Below, piece by piece: positions 1 to 12,144 of a stretch of 64,000 nucleotides of DNA; position 1 is the first letter of the stretch, and each line of letters begins with the position of its first letter. The stretch comes from Adineta vaga (Eukaryota > Animalia > Rotifera), in the NCBI GenBank assembly GCA_021613535.1, contig CP075497.1, forward strand, positions 1,550,001 to 1,614,000. The letters run 5' to 3'. A program made the position numbers and the translations under genes. The notes under the pieces are model-generated. The model worked only from the letters and a program-made list of their open reading frames with translations. It did no database searches and was not told the origin of the DNA.

Positions 1-648
1 TATGCTACCATCGATAAGTTGACGAGTTTCAATAGCATGAAGACTTTCGACAAGTTCTATAAAAATAATAATAACTATGGTTATCTCTTATAGTTCACTG
101 TTGTTCGTCAATATACTTACGAGTACTAACAATAGCGGTGACAATTTCTCCAACTTCACCTTGATATAATTCTGTAATGACACCTTTCGTACGCCAATCG
201 AGTGATTCAGGTAAATCTTTTACTTCAACAGAGCTTTTAAATGACGATGATCATGATGGATGAGATTTGATACGATTTTGTCGTGCAGGTACAAGTTCCT
301 ATAGAAGATTTATTCGTTCATTGCTTAACATGTATGACTAAGAATTACTTCAATACGTCGATCCGATAAATGATTAATTGCTACTGTAAATGTTGGATTC
401 AGATTCGTTTGTTGAAAAGAGTGTATTTCATTAACATTCTCCATAAATATTTGTTTACGTTTAATTTCTTCTTCCACAGTTTCATACTGTTTATTATAGT
501 CACGTTTAAATTTATCCCATTCAAGTGATAAATCAGCTATGACTGCACCAAATAGTAAGAAAATAAGAATGAACTATAACAAAATATAATCAATGGATGT
601 AAAATGTATGCTGAGATATGACTCGAAAAAATAACATCTTACCTTCAT
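1..648 (-). pseudogene. Papain-family (C1A, cathepsin L-like) homolog with I29 propeptide; catalytic Cys absent and an in-frame TGA; 3' part runs off the window
   Basis: Spliced by hand: ATG AAG (648-643), then FILIFLLFGAVIADLSLEWDKFKRDYNKQYETVEEEIKRKQIFMENVNEI (ERFNIN-like propeptide), ELVPARQNRIKSHPS*SSSFKSSVEVKDLPESLDWRTKGVITELYQGEVGEIVTAIVST, QLVESLHAIETRQLIDGSI. TGA at 253-251. Confidence 0.75.
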
Positions 649-1432
649 CAACACAGTTTATACTCTATGTGAAAATGACTTTTTTAGAAATTCTGTAGAT
701 AGTAATGTTCTATAAGAACATTTTGATAAAGAACGAATCTAAATATTTCATATTATAAGATAGTCATTGTCAACGTCACGCTGACAAAATGTTGTTATCA
801 TCAATGAAAAAAGTAAAGGATTACAAGGCATATCATGTTCACACTCAAAATTTAATCATGATTTCAAAAACTTAGAATATCTTAAGAATATATTTTTTTT
901 AAAGTATTCGTCTTTAGATTAGACCAAGAGACAACTCGATGAACTCTAATAAGTGAACATCTTGGTCACTATATTCGAGTGAATTATAATAGCAAAATGA
1001 AATCTGAATTTTAGGGTGTGGGTGTGAGTGTAGATGATACTTCCGTGATTATATTATCCATTGTTTTGCTCATTCATGAGCACCAGACAAAGCACAATGA
1101 AAATGTGAAAAAACTAATATCGAATTATATATTATAAACTACTGATTTCCTTGAATTCCATCATACTTTCAGATAGTGTGAGTCTAACCTATTGGTACCC
1201 TTTGAACTCCTTAAATTCCTATAATTTCTTGGATTGCCAATTTCGGGATCATGGGTGCTGCTGCCGTTTCTAGCAGTGTGAAGCCATTTTAGTTTATAAC
1301 AGTAATACATAAATAAATTACTTTTCTTGGTTTCTTTCTTTGTTCTGAAACTTTGGCATTATACAATCAAATTTTTCAATAATATAAAAACATAATTCAT
1401 TTTGAAGACATTTCATAAAGAAATCAGTAACA

Positions 1433-3497
1433 ATGATGATGGATTTTAGTGAAGAAAAGTCCAGAAGTAAGTGAGATTTATTTAGTTTCATATGATTGAA
1501 TATTTATAAACGAAATATTGAAGATGATGTACCACCAAGATCAAATCGTGTTATCAAAATTTCCCTTCGCAATCGTGCTCATCAACCACAAACATTCGTA
1601 GAAATTGTTTTTTTATTTTTGAATTTTATCCTTGATGAATATTCAATTTAGTCTCATCATACATTGCGCAAAAGCAGACGATCTGATAATATCATTCACA
1701 GAAGTATTCGATCCAATATTAGTATTCGATCCATCGACAATAAATTGATTGATTTAAAAACTAGTACACACTCTACACATGTTTGTATTATAATGATTTC
1801 ACAAAATCTATATTTAAAAAAGAGTATACTTTTTTTCTCAATAGTCAGCTACAATGAAAGTACTTACTAATAATATGATCAATAAAAATTCTACCAAAAC
1901 AATCGATAGAAATGATCAGAAACATGATAAAGAACATATGTTAAACGCCATGAGATTTACATCACTTCGAGTAATTATGATAATCTAGTTAATTGCTTGA
2001 AATTAACACATTATAATCGTGAGTTCTTTCTTTTTTCTCTAGTCTAATCATGTACAAAAACGTTGCCCTCTCGAAGTAAAACATTAGAGATTTCTTTGTT
2101 TATAAAATACATCGTCTTTTTCTAATAATAATAGACGACAGATATTTGTTCATACTCATTGAATTCAACGATGAAAAAAATAAGCAAAACAAAAAAAAGT
2201 AATTAATTTTCTCTATTGTCCTCATACTTCTATACATTCTTTTTAATTTTAATTCAAATGATTTATGTATTATTCATTCTATGTAGATGTTTACAATCAA
2301 AAATCATTATCCCCACAGTGATTATTTGCTTTATTTCGATTGCTATTGCGGCAATTTTATTGGGATTGTTAATCAAGTCTCAAAAGACAAAACGTAGGAG
2401 TGATAGATTGTTTAAATATGAAATTTCGATCGAATTGAATTATATACTCTGTTGTTTTATAGCGACGACATCGTCACTTCGTTGGAGTTCAATAGGCATT
2501 ACTATAGCTGGTATTTCTGGTATATCTGGTACTGGAGCTAATCAACTTGATAATCCATGGGGATTAGCGTTTGATTCTTCTAATGCATTATATATTGCTG
2601 ATCGACTCAATAATCGTGTACAAAAATGGGAAGTCAATGCATCTGCTGGTATAACAATAGGTGGTCAAGCGAATGGAACTGGTGGTTCTACTTTATATGA
2701 TTTAATGTTACCATCATTTATTCAAGTGGATTCATCGGATAATTTTTATGTGACAGATGTAGGGAATAATCGTGTTCAATTTTGGCACTATGGTGCACTT
2801 TCAGGCAGTACAATAGCAGGAAATGGTGAGTAAAATCAAAATTAATTCGATGGCATCTATTATTTAATGAGTTTCTAGACCAGGTTAACTTATAATAGTT
2901 ATATTTGTAGGTATAGTTGGTAACTTAAATAATCAATTTAATAAACCGTACGGTATTGCACGTGACATATCCACGAAAACCCTATACGTAGCAGACTATG
3001 ATAATCATCGTATAATGCAATATCGATGGGGACAACTATCGGGTACAGTAGTTGCTGGTGGCAATGGACCTGGAACAAACAGAACACAGTTATATCAACC
3101 TGTAGCTGTTTATTTTGATTCTTTATCAAATAGTCTTTTCATCGTTAATTATGGTGCTCATAACGTTGTTCGTTGGAGATTAGGTGATACTAGTTGGTCA
3201 CTTGTAGCTGGTAGTATTAATGGAACATTTGGGGATTCATCAACATTACTTAATTGTCCTATAGGTATTACACTGGATCCAATGGGTAATGTGTATGTTG
3301 TTGATAGAAATAATCATCGTGTACAATTGTTTTTATCCGATCAATCCATCGGTATAACAATTGCTGGAATGAGTACTGTCTTTGGAAGTAATTCTACACT
3401 ATTCAATTATCCTTATGCTTTAGCATTGGATTTTCAACTTAATCTATATGTTAGTGATAGATATAATCATCGAGTACAAAAATTCTTACGCTACTGA
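1433..3497 (+). CDS. Membrane-anchored NHL-repeat beta-propeller protein (multi-exon)
   Basis: NHL repeats (LDNPWGLAFDSSNALYIADRLNNRVQKW; LNCPIGITLDPMGNVYVVDRNNHRVQLF; FNYPYALALDFQLNLYVSDRYNHRVQKF) after a TM helix (IIIPTVIICFISIAIAAILLGLLI). Short upstream exons with GT-AG introns from ATG 1433; the 5' exon chain is less certain. Confidence 0.8.
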
Positions 3498-3844
3498 AAA
3501 AACAGTTTTGTTTTTGAGGATAATTGTAACTATAGTGATAACATTATTCGCATCATATAACTCAACTATATGTAAAGAAAAATAAACATTTAGAATATAT
3601 GTTCAATGTTGAGATATACAGTTTCTGTAGCAGCATTCATTGTAGTCTTGTCCACATATTATAATACTTAGGATTGTCCAAAAGTTCCAAGCCCTATTTT
3701 TCGGGCCAGATTATGCAATTTGGGATAATATCTCGATTAATTTTGCAGTAAGACGTGTGCACAAAAATCAGAGAACGGAACAAAAAGCATTGAGTTTTTC
3801 TATTTTTAACATCGAAAAATAATTTTGAAAAAAAAGGAACAATC

Positions 3845-3917
3845 TGGAGAAGTTGGGCATCGATCCCAATACCTCTCGCATGCTAAGCGAGCGCTCTACC
3901 ATATGAGCTACATCCCC
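3845..3917 (-). tRNA. tRNA-Ala (AGC)
   Basis: Reverse complement GGGGATGTAGCTCATATGGTAGAGCGCTCGCTTAGCATGCGAGAGGTATTGGGATCGATGCCCAACTTCTCCA: anticodon AGC, G3:U70 alanine identity pair, T-run downstream. Confidence 0.95.
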
Positions 3918-5344
3918 ATATTAATTGTCATATCATTGTTTCATCTGACATTTTTCTCGTCAAGAGAAATCAATCATTGAAAAGAGAACATGAGTATTAA
4001 AATATGATTCTTTTTGTTTACTTAGCTACTCATAGACAATTCTTTTTCTAAATTTTTCGATTTAATCAATAGTAAAAATGAAAATTCATTATCCAAAATC
4101 TTTTTTTTAGCGAAAATATCGAATTCGATTCATATAATTATGAACATGAATGCATGATTTTATGGAAAATAATTCTAACGAGTTAGAACTTCTGAACTTT
4201 CTAGTTTAATTTGTTCATACAATAGTTATAATCATCCAATATTTGCTTACTCGATACTTTCGACTGATCAAAGATACATCAAGTCATTGAATATTTATGC
4301 TCTCGTCTATATAGCGTCGTCCTATGAATTCATTGCTGACACTTTAGTGGTATGGTCGAAACCACATGACGAAGCAATAACTATGAAGTATCTCAGTGAA
4401 TGGCGTTTCATATAAGTCACCAAAGAAAACTCTTACGCAGCGCCTACTCTTATCGTACTGCAAATCACCCACACCCTCAATTATATTTAACTTCATCAAT
4501 TTCTTCGATTTTATTAAACAAAACCTAGTGATTAATAATATTCTCGGTCTACTTTATCTGTTCAATTATATTAAAGCTTAACTGTGCATGTACGATTTTC
4601 TCCAGAAGAGGAGATTACGATCTTCTGTTAATAATTTTTATCAAACATAATCAGTTTACGAACTGACTTATATTAAAGATTCCACGACAGACTGATTGGT
4701 TTCAAAATTTTCATGGGATTTTATGGAAGCAGTATGCCAGATGAGAAAAGTTTCGGTATTTTCTTATTCATATCTCACGTGTTCGTGCAGAAAGCAATTC
4801 ATCTTGTCGTTGTAAGTAAGATTCAGTTGTTGATATAAAATATCTGTACTTAGAATTGGAACTAATTAACTCGTACTAGTCTTCGATTTAGTCAAATACG
4901 GAGCTTAATGATGCAGCAACGTCATTTGCACTTATCTATCATTCTGCGAACAAAATCAATTAAACATTATCTTGATTCTTTTCTCATATAAATGTTTTCT
5001 GTCAGATACGATTTTATTGTTTTAACTATTAACAATTAAGTATCTTTCTTGTCTTAAAAAGAATATCTACAGCTCAATTGTTTTTTTTTCTACTTTAAAT
5101 TGAATGTTTTCAATAGGAAAAATTCAGTCGATATTCGATTAATTTAGGACGATTTCTCAAGTAACGAACAAATATAGGTTAGCTGCTTATGGAGTACCAA
5201 AGTCATTTTACAGATATTTCAAAAATATAAATAAAGATCGTTTTTTTCAACATAGCGTTTGAAAAAGATGAAATGATGTAAGATCAAAACAATATTATGC
5301 CGTTTATCCAGAAAATAAAAAGTAATTTAAAAAAGGAAACAGTT

Positions 5345-5417
5345 TGGAGAAGTTGGGCATCGATCCCAATACCTCTCGCATGCTAAGCGAGCGCTCTACC
5401 ATATGAGCTACATCCCC
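5345..5417 (-). tRNA. tRNA-Ala (AGC), identical second copy
   Basis: 73 nt identical to 3845-3917, with similar flanks. Confidence 0.95.
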
Positions 5418-5896
5418 ATGTTAATCGTCACATCACTTACATCATGTGACTTCGATTATGACTAATCGCTTGAAAGAACGAACGTGAATACAATCAACAT
5501 TTAAAAATTCGCATATTTTAAAAAGACTTTGGTTTCCTGAGAATTTCTTAAACAATCATGGAACTTGTTCATTTTAACAATAAGTATAAGAATCTTATTA
5601 CTTTTCTTACTTCATTTCGAATCCAGTCATTTATATATATTTACTTTTATTTTTAAAATCAATTCTTAATACCCGACTGTTCATTGTTCAATAATTATGA
5701 GAAGAATTAATACATTGAATTGAATGTATGCAGTTTATTTCAAAAAGATAAAGTTCAACAAGATGAGATAGAACAAAATCATAGAAAATGTTCAATATTC
5801 CTTTTCAACAAATATCAAATGGATAATATGATTAGAATTTGAATTCGAATGACATCATAAAGAATAATCAGAATAGTTTCTGTTGATGAATATAAA

Positions 5897-6727
5897 TTAT
5901 TCATGAATAGATTGAATAAATTGAATGATTTGGTCAATCATGTAGATTTGTTCATGTTCATTACTAATTGCATGATCAGAATTTTCTAATAAAATAAATT
6001 TGGAATTAGTTCTATTTGCTAATTTAGTCTTGACAAATGTTCCAACTTCGTCTTTAATTTCATCTGGAACATATTCATCTTGTTTAGACCATATCCATAT
6101 ATTTGGAAGATTAATTTTTTCATAAATTTTCTTTACTTGTTCGTCCGATAAATCACTTGAAAATAAATCTTCAATAGAATTGAATTTATTTAATGATAAA
6201 CAACGTTCAATTGTTAATGGTGGATCATGAAGAGATCGTGGTAACCATTCATGAATATTTTCATGATGTTGTATACAATATTCTAATTGATCTTTTGTTG
6301 AAGGAAGAGTTGAAAGATATTGTCGATCACTGACAGGTCCTTGAAGAATAATTCCACGAATAAGATCAGATTGTTTTCCTTGTCGAAAATAATGAACAAT
6401 ATCTTGACAACCAGTTGAATGACCCATGAGAATAATTGATTTCAAATTCTTTCGTTGTTTTATCAAATAATCAATTAAATTTTGAAGATCTTCAATATCA
6501 TTATTAATTGTATGCCAACCAAATTGTAGATTTGATGAACGTAGTAATGGTTGAATCAATGAATACGATAATTGCAAAAGAGATTCATTAAGTCGTGGAA
6601 GATATGAAAGAGATAAAAGACCATCTGTAAGACCACCAAGAAAAATAAAACATTGTGTTGATGATGAATCAGATTCAAATGCAATTAGTTTATATTTTTC
6701 ATCATATACAAACAAATTTCCATACAT
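5897..6727 (-). CDS. DUF1749/UPF0613 alpha/beta-hydrolase (fungal SidJ fusarinine C esterase family), intronless
   Basis: Family motifs FLGGLTDGLL, MGHSTGCQD (GxSxG nucleophile), GIILQGPVSDR, DEYVP, C-terminal DH; uninterrupted 276-aa ORF. Confidence 0.8.
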   Translation of the reverse strand: MYGNLFVYDEKYKLIAFESDSSSTQCFIFLGGLTDGLLSLSYLPRLNESLLQLSYSLIQPLLRSSNLQFGWHTINNDIEDLQNLIDYLIKQRKNLKSIILMGHSTGCQDIVHYFRQGKQSDLIRGIILQGPVSDRQYLSTLPSTKDQLEYCIQHHENIHEWLPRSLHDPPLTIERCLSLNKFNSIEDLFSSDLSDEQVKKIYEKINLPNIWIWSKQDEYVPDEIKDEVGTFVKTKLANRTNSKFILLENSDHAISNEHEQIYMIDQIIQFIQSIHE

Positions 6728-7409
6728 CTACAATATATGAATAAGAATAAGAATAGAAGCAAATAAATCTGTGTGTCAGTCAATTTCCATTGCTTTTTCG
6801 TATGAAAAATCTATTGAATTATTTCGATGTAATCTGATCTGATTTTCTAAAGTATCTACGATGAATAATTCTTCTTTGATTGACAAACAGCTCCCTCTTT
6901 AAGTTCTTCTTATTTTTTGGATCGTGTTCAAACAAAACAAGAAGAGAAGAGGAAAGTTCTCTTTATATTTCTCGTCCGCGTCGTCTTCTTCTAGTCACAT
7001 AAGACTGACTAACCGAATTTTATTTGTTCGTTCTGCTACATACATATATTATTTCTTCAGACTCATTCCTAGGTCACTTAAATTACATTCATTCATTTTT
7101 TTGTCCGTTCGTCTATCTTTCTACTAGTATCAGTAAGTGATAAGAACATTTCGAAAGAATGAAAAGAAAGAAATTGTCCGTTCGAATTAATATTTATTCT
7201 TCGTTCTTTTTACCCAAAAAACAGAGAAAGAACGATTGAAGCTAGATGCAAGACATAAAGGAAAAACGAGTGAGAGTATCAAGTAGAAAGAAACGAGAAC
7301 AATCTGTTTTAGTCATTGAGGGTAGAAAGTCCATTTAATAAAATATTTTTTTTTACATTTTTAAATGAAAAATTTCTTTCTATTTTAGTTTTCTGAAAAA
7401 TTAATTACA

Positions 7410-8309
7410 ATGTCAGGCATTATTAACGCTATTTTTGGTCATCATAAAGATAAAGATGATAAAAAAAATCATCCAACAAATGAAACAACTACAACGGCGA
7501 GTACATCATCAGGTTCATCTGTAGCTCATACAGCTATTAGTGAAGATGTTCGTGTTCAATCTGTTGTATCAAGTGAAACCAATACAAGTGTTAGTGTACA
7601 AAATACAAAAAAGATTTCTGATCTTATGAATAAACTTGGTAAGTTCATTGTATAGAAATGAAGTTTTATTGATTTATTTATGAAAAAAAGGTACAACACA
7701 TAATCAAATTGATGAATATTCGAAGAAACGAACAGCTGAAATTAGTGATGCTGTTTCAGAAGCAATTAATAAAGTTGTTGCTGATACAGCAACGCAACAA
7801 CAAAAATTATTATCGGATGCAAATGAACGTTCACTTTCAATTGAAAATGAATATAAACTTCGTTTACAAGAACGTGTTGTTCAATTGGATAATGAAAAAG
7901 CGATTTTATTAGCTGAATTAGAACATGCATTAAATTCACGTCAAGAAGCGATTTTACTTCAAGCAAGACAACAAATTGATCTTGTACAAGATGCTGCTAA
8001 TCGAGAAAAAATGGCTGTTTTTAAAGAAGCACAAGCCAAAGCTAATCAACAAGTTGATCAAATAACTGAAAAAGTTGCTGAACTTGCAGCTGAAGATGCT
8101 CAACGACGTCTTCAATCAACAACTCAAACAGTAATTTCAAATTTTATTTCGAAATTGAATAATAAAATCTTTCTCTTTGTTCTTAGGTTATTACAACAAA
8201 ATCTGTTGCATCAGGTGACACGCATGTTCAAGGTGCACATGTCACAGCGACATCTACAACAACAACACGAAAATCTTCTGATTCTCATCATTCATCAAGC
8301 AATAATTAA
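7410..8309 (+). CDS. Hydrophilic LEA/CAHS-like protein: disordered termini around a long charged amphipathic helix
   Basis: Exons 7410-7638, 7691-8130 and 8187-8309 join in frame at canonical GT-AG sites. Core THNQIDEYSKKRTAEISDAVSEAINKVVADTATQQQKLLSDANERSLSIENEYKLRLQERVVQLDNEKAILLAELE...; no Cys or Trp. Function inferred from composition only. Confidence 0.7.
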
Positions 8310-11300
8310 CATTCTTCTCATTGTTTAATCAAACTTATTTATGTTAATCTCGCCTACTATTGATTTTGTCTCTACTTACATATTTAATATAGATATGTTC
8401 ATTTGTCTTTTCTTTATTTGTCGAACAAAATTGTATATACGATTTCGTTGAAACACATTTATTGAATTCTAAATATATATATATAATCATGATGATAAAC
8501 ATTTTCTTGTAAATAATTAAAATATTGTTTGAAAAGTTCGACTTGACCGATAAATATTAATGAGAGATGAAAAAAAGAACGAAGTTCTCGTTTATACGTA
8601 AGAAGATTTCAATCAATTAAAAGTTAATTTGGAAATACCTAATGAAATAGATTATATGAAGTATTTATCTTGCAGTTGATTGTAATTATCTCCATGATTC
8701 ATCACGACCGGATGTTTATCTTCTTTTAAATTTCTATGCATGTTATGGATATCTTCTCTTTCCTATCTATTATGATCAGTGAACCATCTTTATCAGTAGA
8801 AGATCTTACAACAATAAAGGATGTTTCATAAGTTTCGAGACTCGAGAAAAAAGCAGCAGTGAATAACAATTTGATCGATAAAAAAAGGAATTTTCCTAGT
8901 AGAAAAGGAGCGCTCAACGGGAAAATGTCTGATCATTAGATTGTTCATACTAAAGACATCACATGTACTTTATTTTCTACGTATAATAATGATTTTGGAA
9001 AGAGTGACAATACACAAGAATATAAAAGCATTTCTTTTCAGTGGAAAGTGTTCCATCGAAATTATCAGTAGAAACGGATCATTTTTCACTGAAGTATTTT
9101 GTTTTCTATAGAAAGATTCATTTTCCCTATAGATCGGAAAGATATCTTAACCATCGATATTACATTCGAATAGAAGTTGTTTTTTGGTATATCAATTTGA
9201 TTATTATATTGAGTGTACTTTTTTGCTTCAAGTAGAAACTTTTCATAACAACAACTCATGAGTTCCCAGAGATCTTTATACGAATTGATGCTTTTAAATC
9301 ACCATTAATTGTTGTAGAAGATGGTTCAATAACAGTCTGATGCTTGGGTGTCGTGTGTCACATCTTGTGGAGAAGTGAAGTTTTTATCATTAAGCGAGAG
9401 ATAAGTTATTTCCCAATAGGTTTCCTTTTAAGATCGAGTTGACATAGCATTTAAGATTACTTTTACAGTGCTTCAAGAGCAAAGGCGATTTCAGAATACA
9501 ATTAAGTACTTATCTCTTATTTTAAAAGGTTCGGCATAACTTACGCAGAGTGCCTTCTTTTGAAGTAAAGTAAAAATCTTATTTATTTTCAACGGATATG
9601 TTATTGCCTTACTCTTATGTGCGTTAGTTAGTAAAATAAATGAAAGGTAAACGAAATAGTCTTTGATATACTCATAATATTGTTATAGATGATTTCGAGA
9701 ATTATTCAAATACTAACAAATCGAAGATATAGTAGAATTACTTGATTTTCTAATAAGTAACAAGTTTTCTTATAAAAACGTATGATTTAGCGTTTTTTTT
9801 TCTTATCGGAAAGAACGTAATGTAGATAAGAAAGAGTAGTTAAAGTACATAAATCTTTGTGATATATTATATCATTGAAATTAGCCAAATAAAAGTTTAA
9901 AAATGTACTCACGAGTCACGTTATTCATACCTGCTCCCTTTTTTTTATAAATAAGAAAAGAATTTTATAAAATCATAGAAATATTTCTGTATGAAACCTG
10001 TTTCCTGAGTTCTAGGTTAGAATAGTAACGCCAGTTTCTATCCGTTATGGTTGTTTCATGATCAATTTATCTTGACAGAAAATATTTGCGATGATAACAT
10101 TAAGTTATTAGAAAAAGAGGCGAAGTTTTCCGGTACTCAAACATTTTTTTGACTGAAAGCAATAAAATAAGGTCATTTTTCTTTTGAAGATTCATGACAT
10201 AAGTTTGATCTCTTTTTTTATTTCGAATATTTTCGTAGATATATATTTCTAAGCATCGTTTTAAAACAAAAGTCTTATAACTATCATTGAAACGTCCTTT
10301 TATAAAAAGATGAACTTAAAAAACCATTAGTTTAATTGAAAGGAAATTGTCTGACATTATAAACAGACTTTTAGTTCTAGTTAGTATTTTAAATGAAAAG
10401 AAAGGAAACTTGTAGATATGCATGAATATTTCTATTCGACGTAGAAAACCTAAACATGACAAATAGAAATTAGGAGAAGGTGACATGAATAAACACTTGA
10501 TATAAAGAAGTATTTGCAATCGATTAGTTTGCAAAAATAAATTTTTTATCGATCAAATTCTATGAGTTAGAAAATATCTCATATGTTATTTATTAATGAC
10601 GAGGTTTTTTTTAGTTCGATATTTATCAATAAATAAAATGTTGTATTTTTAATTCCGATATATATATGATTAGATTTCAATGAAACAAATTGTGAATATC
10701 ACACATGAAAAGAATAGAACATTAATCAATTATTGATGTTTTTTTCTAATTTAACACTTTTTCATTTCTCGAAATTCACAATTGAACTTTTTTCTTTCGA
10801 TCATATTTTCATATTCATTTGATTATAGAAAAAAGAACCATTCGTATAAATTACTTTCGAATATTTCTTTTTGTTAAGAAAAATTCTTTTAGTTTTTCTT
10901 CGAAAAGGTCATAAATGGGTGTAGGTGTAGAACTACATGAGTACATTTCTTATAAAGTAATAATTAAAATGAATGCATTATGACTTACAGAGATTAATCT
11001 AAATTGGTTTTTTTGCTAACTATAGATAATAACATATTAGTTTTCCGATAAGATATTTTCCCTTCCATTGATACGGAAAATAATTCATTTCGAATTTCGC
11101 TTGATTTAAATCGTATTAATAGAATACAAAGTTTGTTTTTTTTTCTTAGCTTTATTTCACTAGATTAACTTTTATATATAAATGAATCGGAAGAGTCATG
11201 ACATTAATACCATTGTTTTTGACTATTGAACAGAAAGATATGTCTTGTGAAAATATTGATAGACTTACTCTTCCATCCATAATAAAGAGGAAAAAACAAA

Positions 11301-12144
11301 TTTATTTCTTTCGATGCCTTAGAGACCTTTTCTGTAGTTCGTAATGACAACTGTTACCCATCTCTATTGAATAAAGAATATTATGCAAATAGATATTTTT
11401 TATCTTAAAGAAATATTCTTTCAGTTGAAAGATTTCTTCTTTGTTCAAAGAATTTCTTGGTTGAAGATAAATCAAATAAGCAGAATGAAAATTCCCTAAT
11501 GTAAATAAATCATATGCTATTAAAATTTTCTTGTTGTTAATTAGAAGGAAAAATAATTTGCTACTGAATTATTTGATAGATGAATAGAGTTTTACATTTC
11601 TTTGGATTAGAACTGAAAATTTTTCTATTATTATTATTTATACAGACGAGAAAGAAGAGATTAATCAGAAAAAAAGATCACGAAATGATTGATTGATAAG
11701 AAGATCCACCACAAGACTAAAGAATTATATTTCATTCATAGATTGTTTGTCCTAGTCTTTGAAAGAAACTTTTGTTTAAACTCAGTTTGCATGTTCATTC
11801 TTTTTGCGGAAATAAAAATGAATTCTGAAACAATGTATATCAGATTTCATTGACCTCAGCAGAGAAAAAAAACTGTTTTTCCTCCTTTTTCTTTCGAATT
11901 GATGAATGTAAAAAGAAAAATCTCGATTTGTTCCAATAGAAACCATCTACGAAGAAAAGCTAGCGCATTGAATGCATGATAATAATAATAATATAGGAAA
12001 AGAGAAAATATTCTTTCGTTTCTCTCACTCTCTCTCTTCTTCTTCTCTCGTTTGATTCTTTTTGTAACTGACAGTTTTTGATAAAAACGTTTGCTTTTGT
12101 TTTCTAGCAAAATTCTACTTTGATTATGTAAAACATTCTGCAAC

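Noticed and set aside
3845-5417. Exactly 1,500-bp spacing of the tRNA copies
   Set aside because: The intervening sequence is not repeated and flanks are diverged, so the round number is coincidence rather than an assembly artefact.
8400-12100. Long gene-free stretch as a possible hidden element or array
   Set aside because: I found no repeats, TIRs, RNA structure or identifiable ORF; most simply the upstream region of the GPCR.
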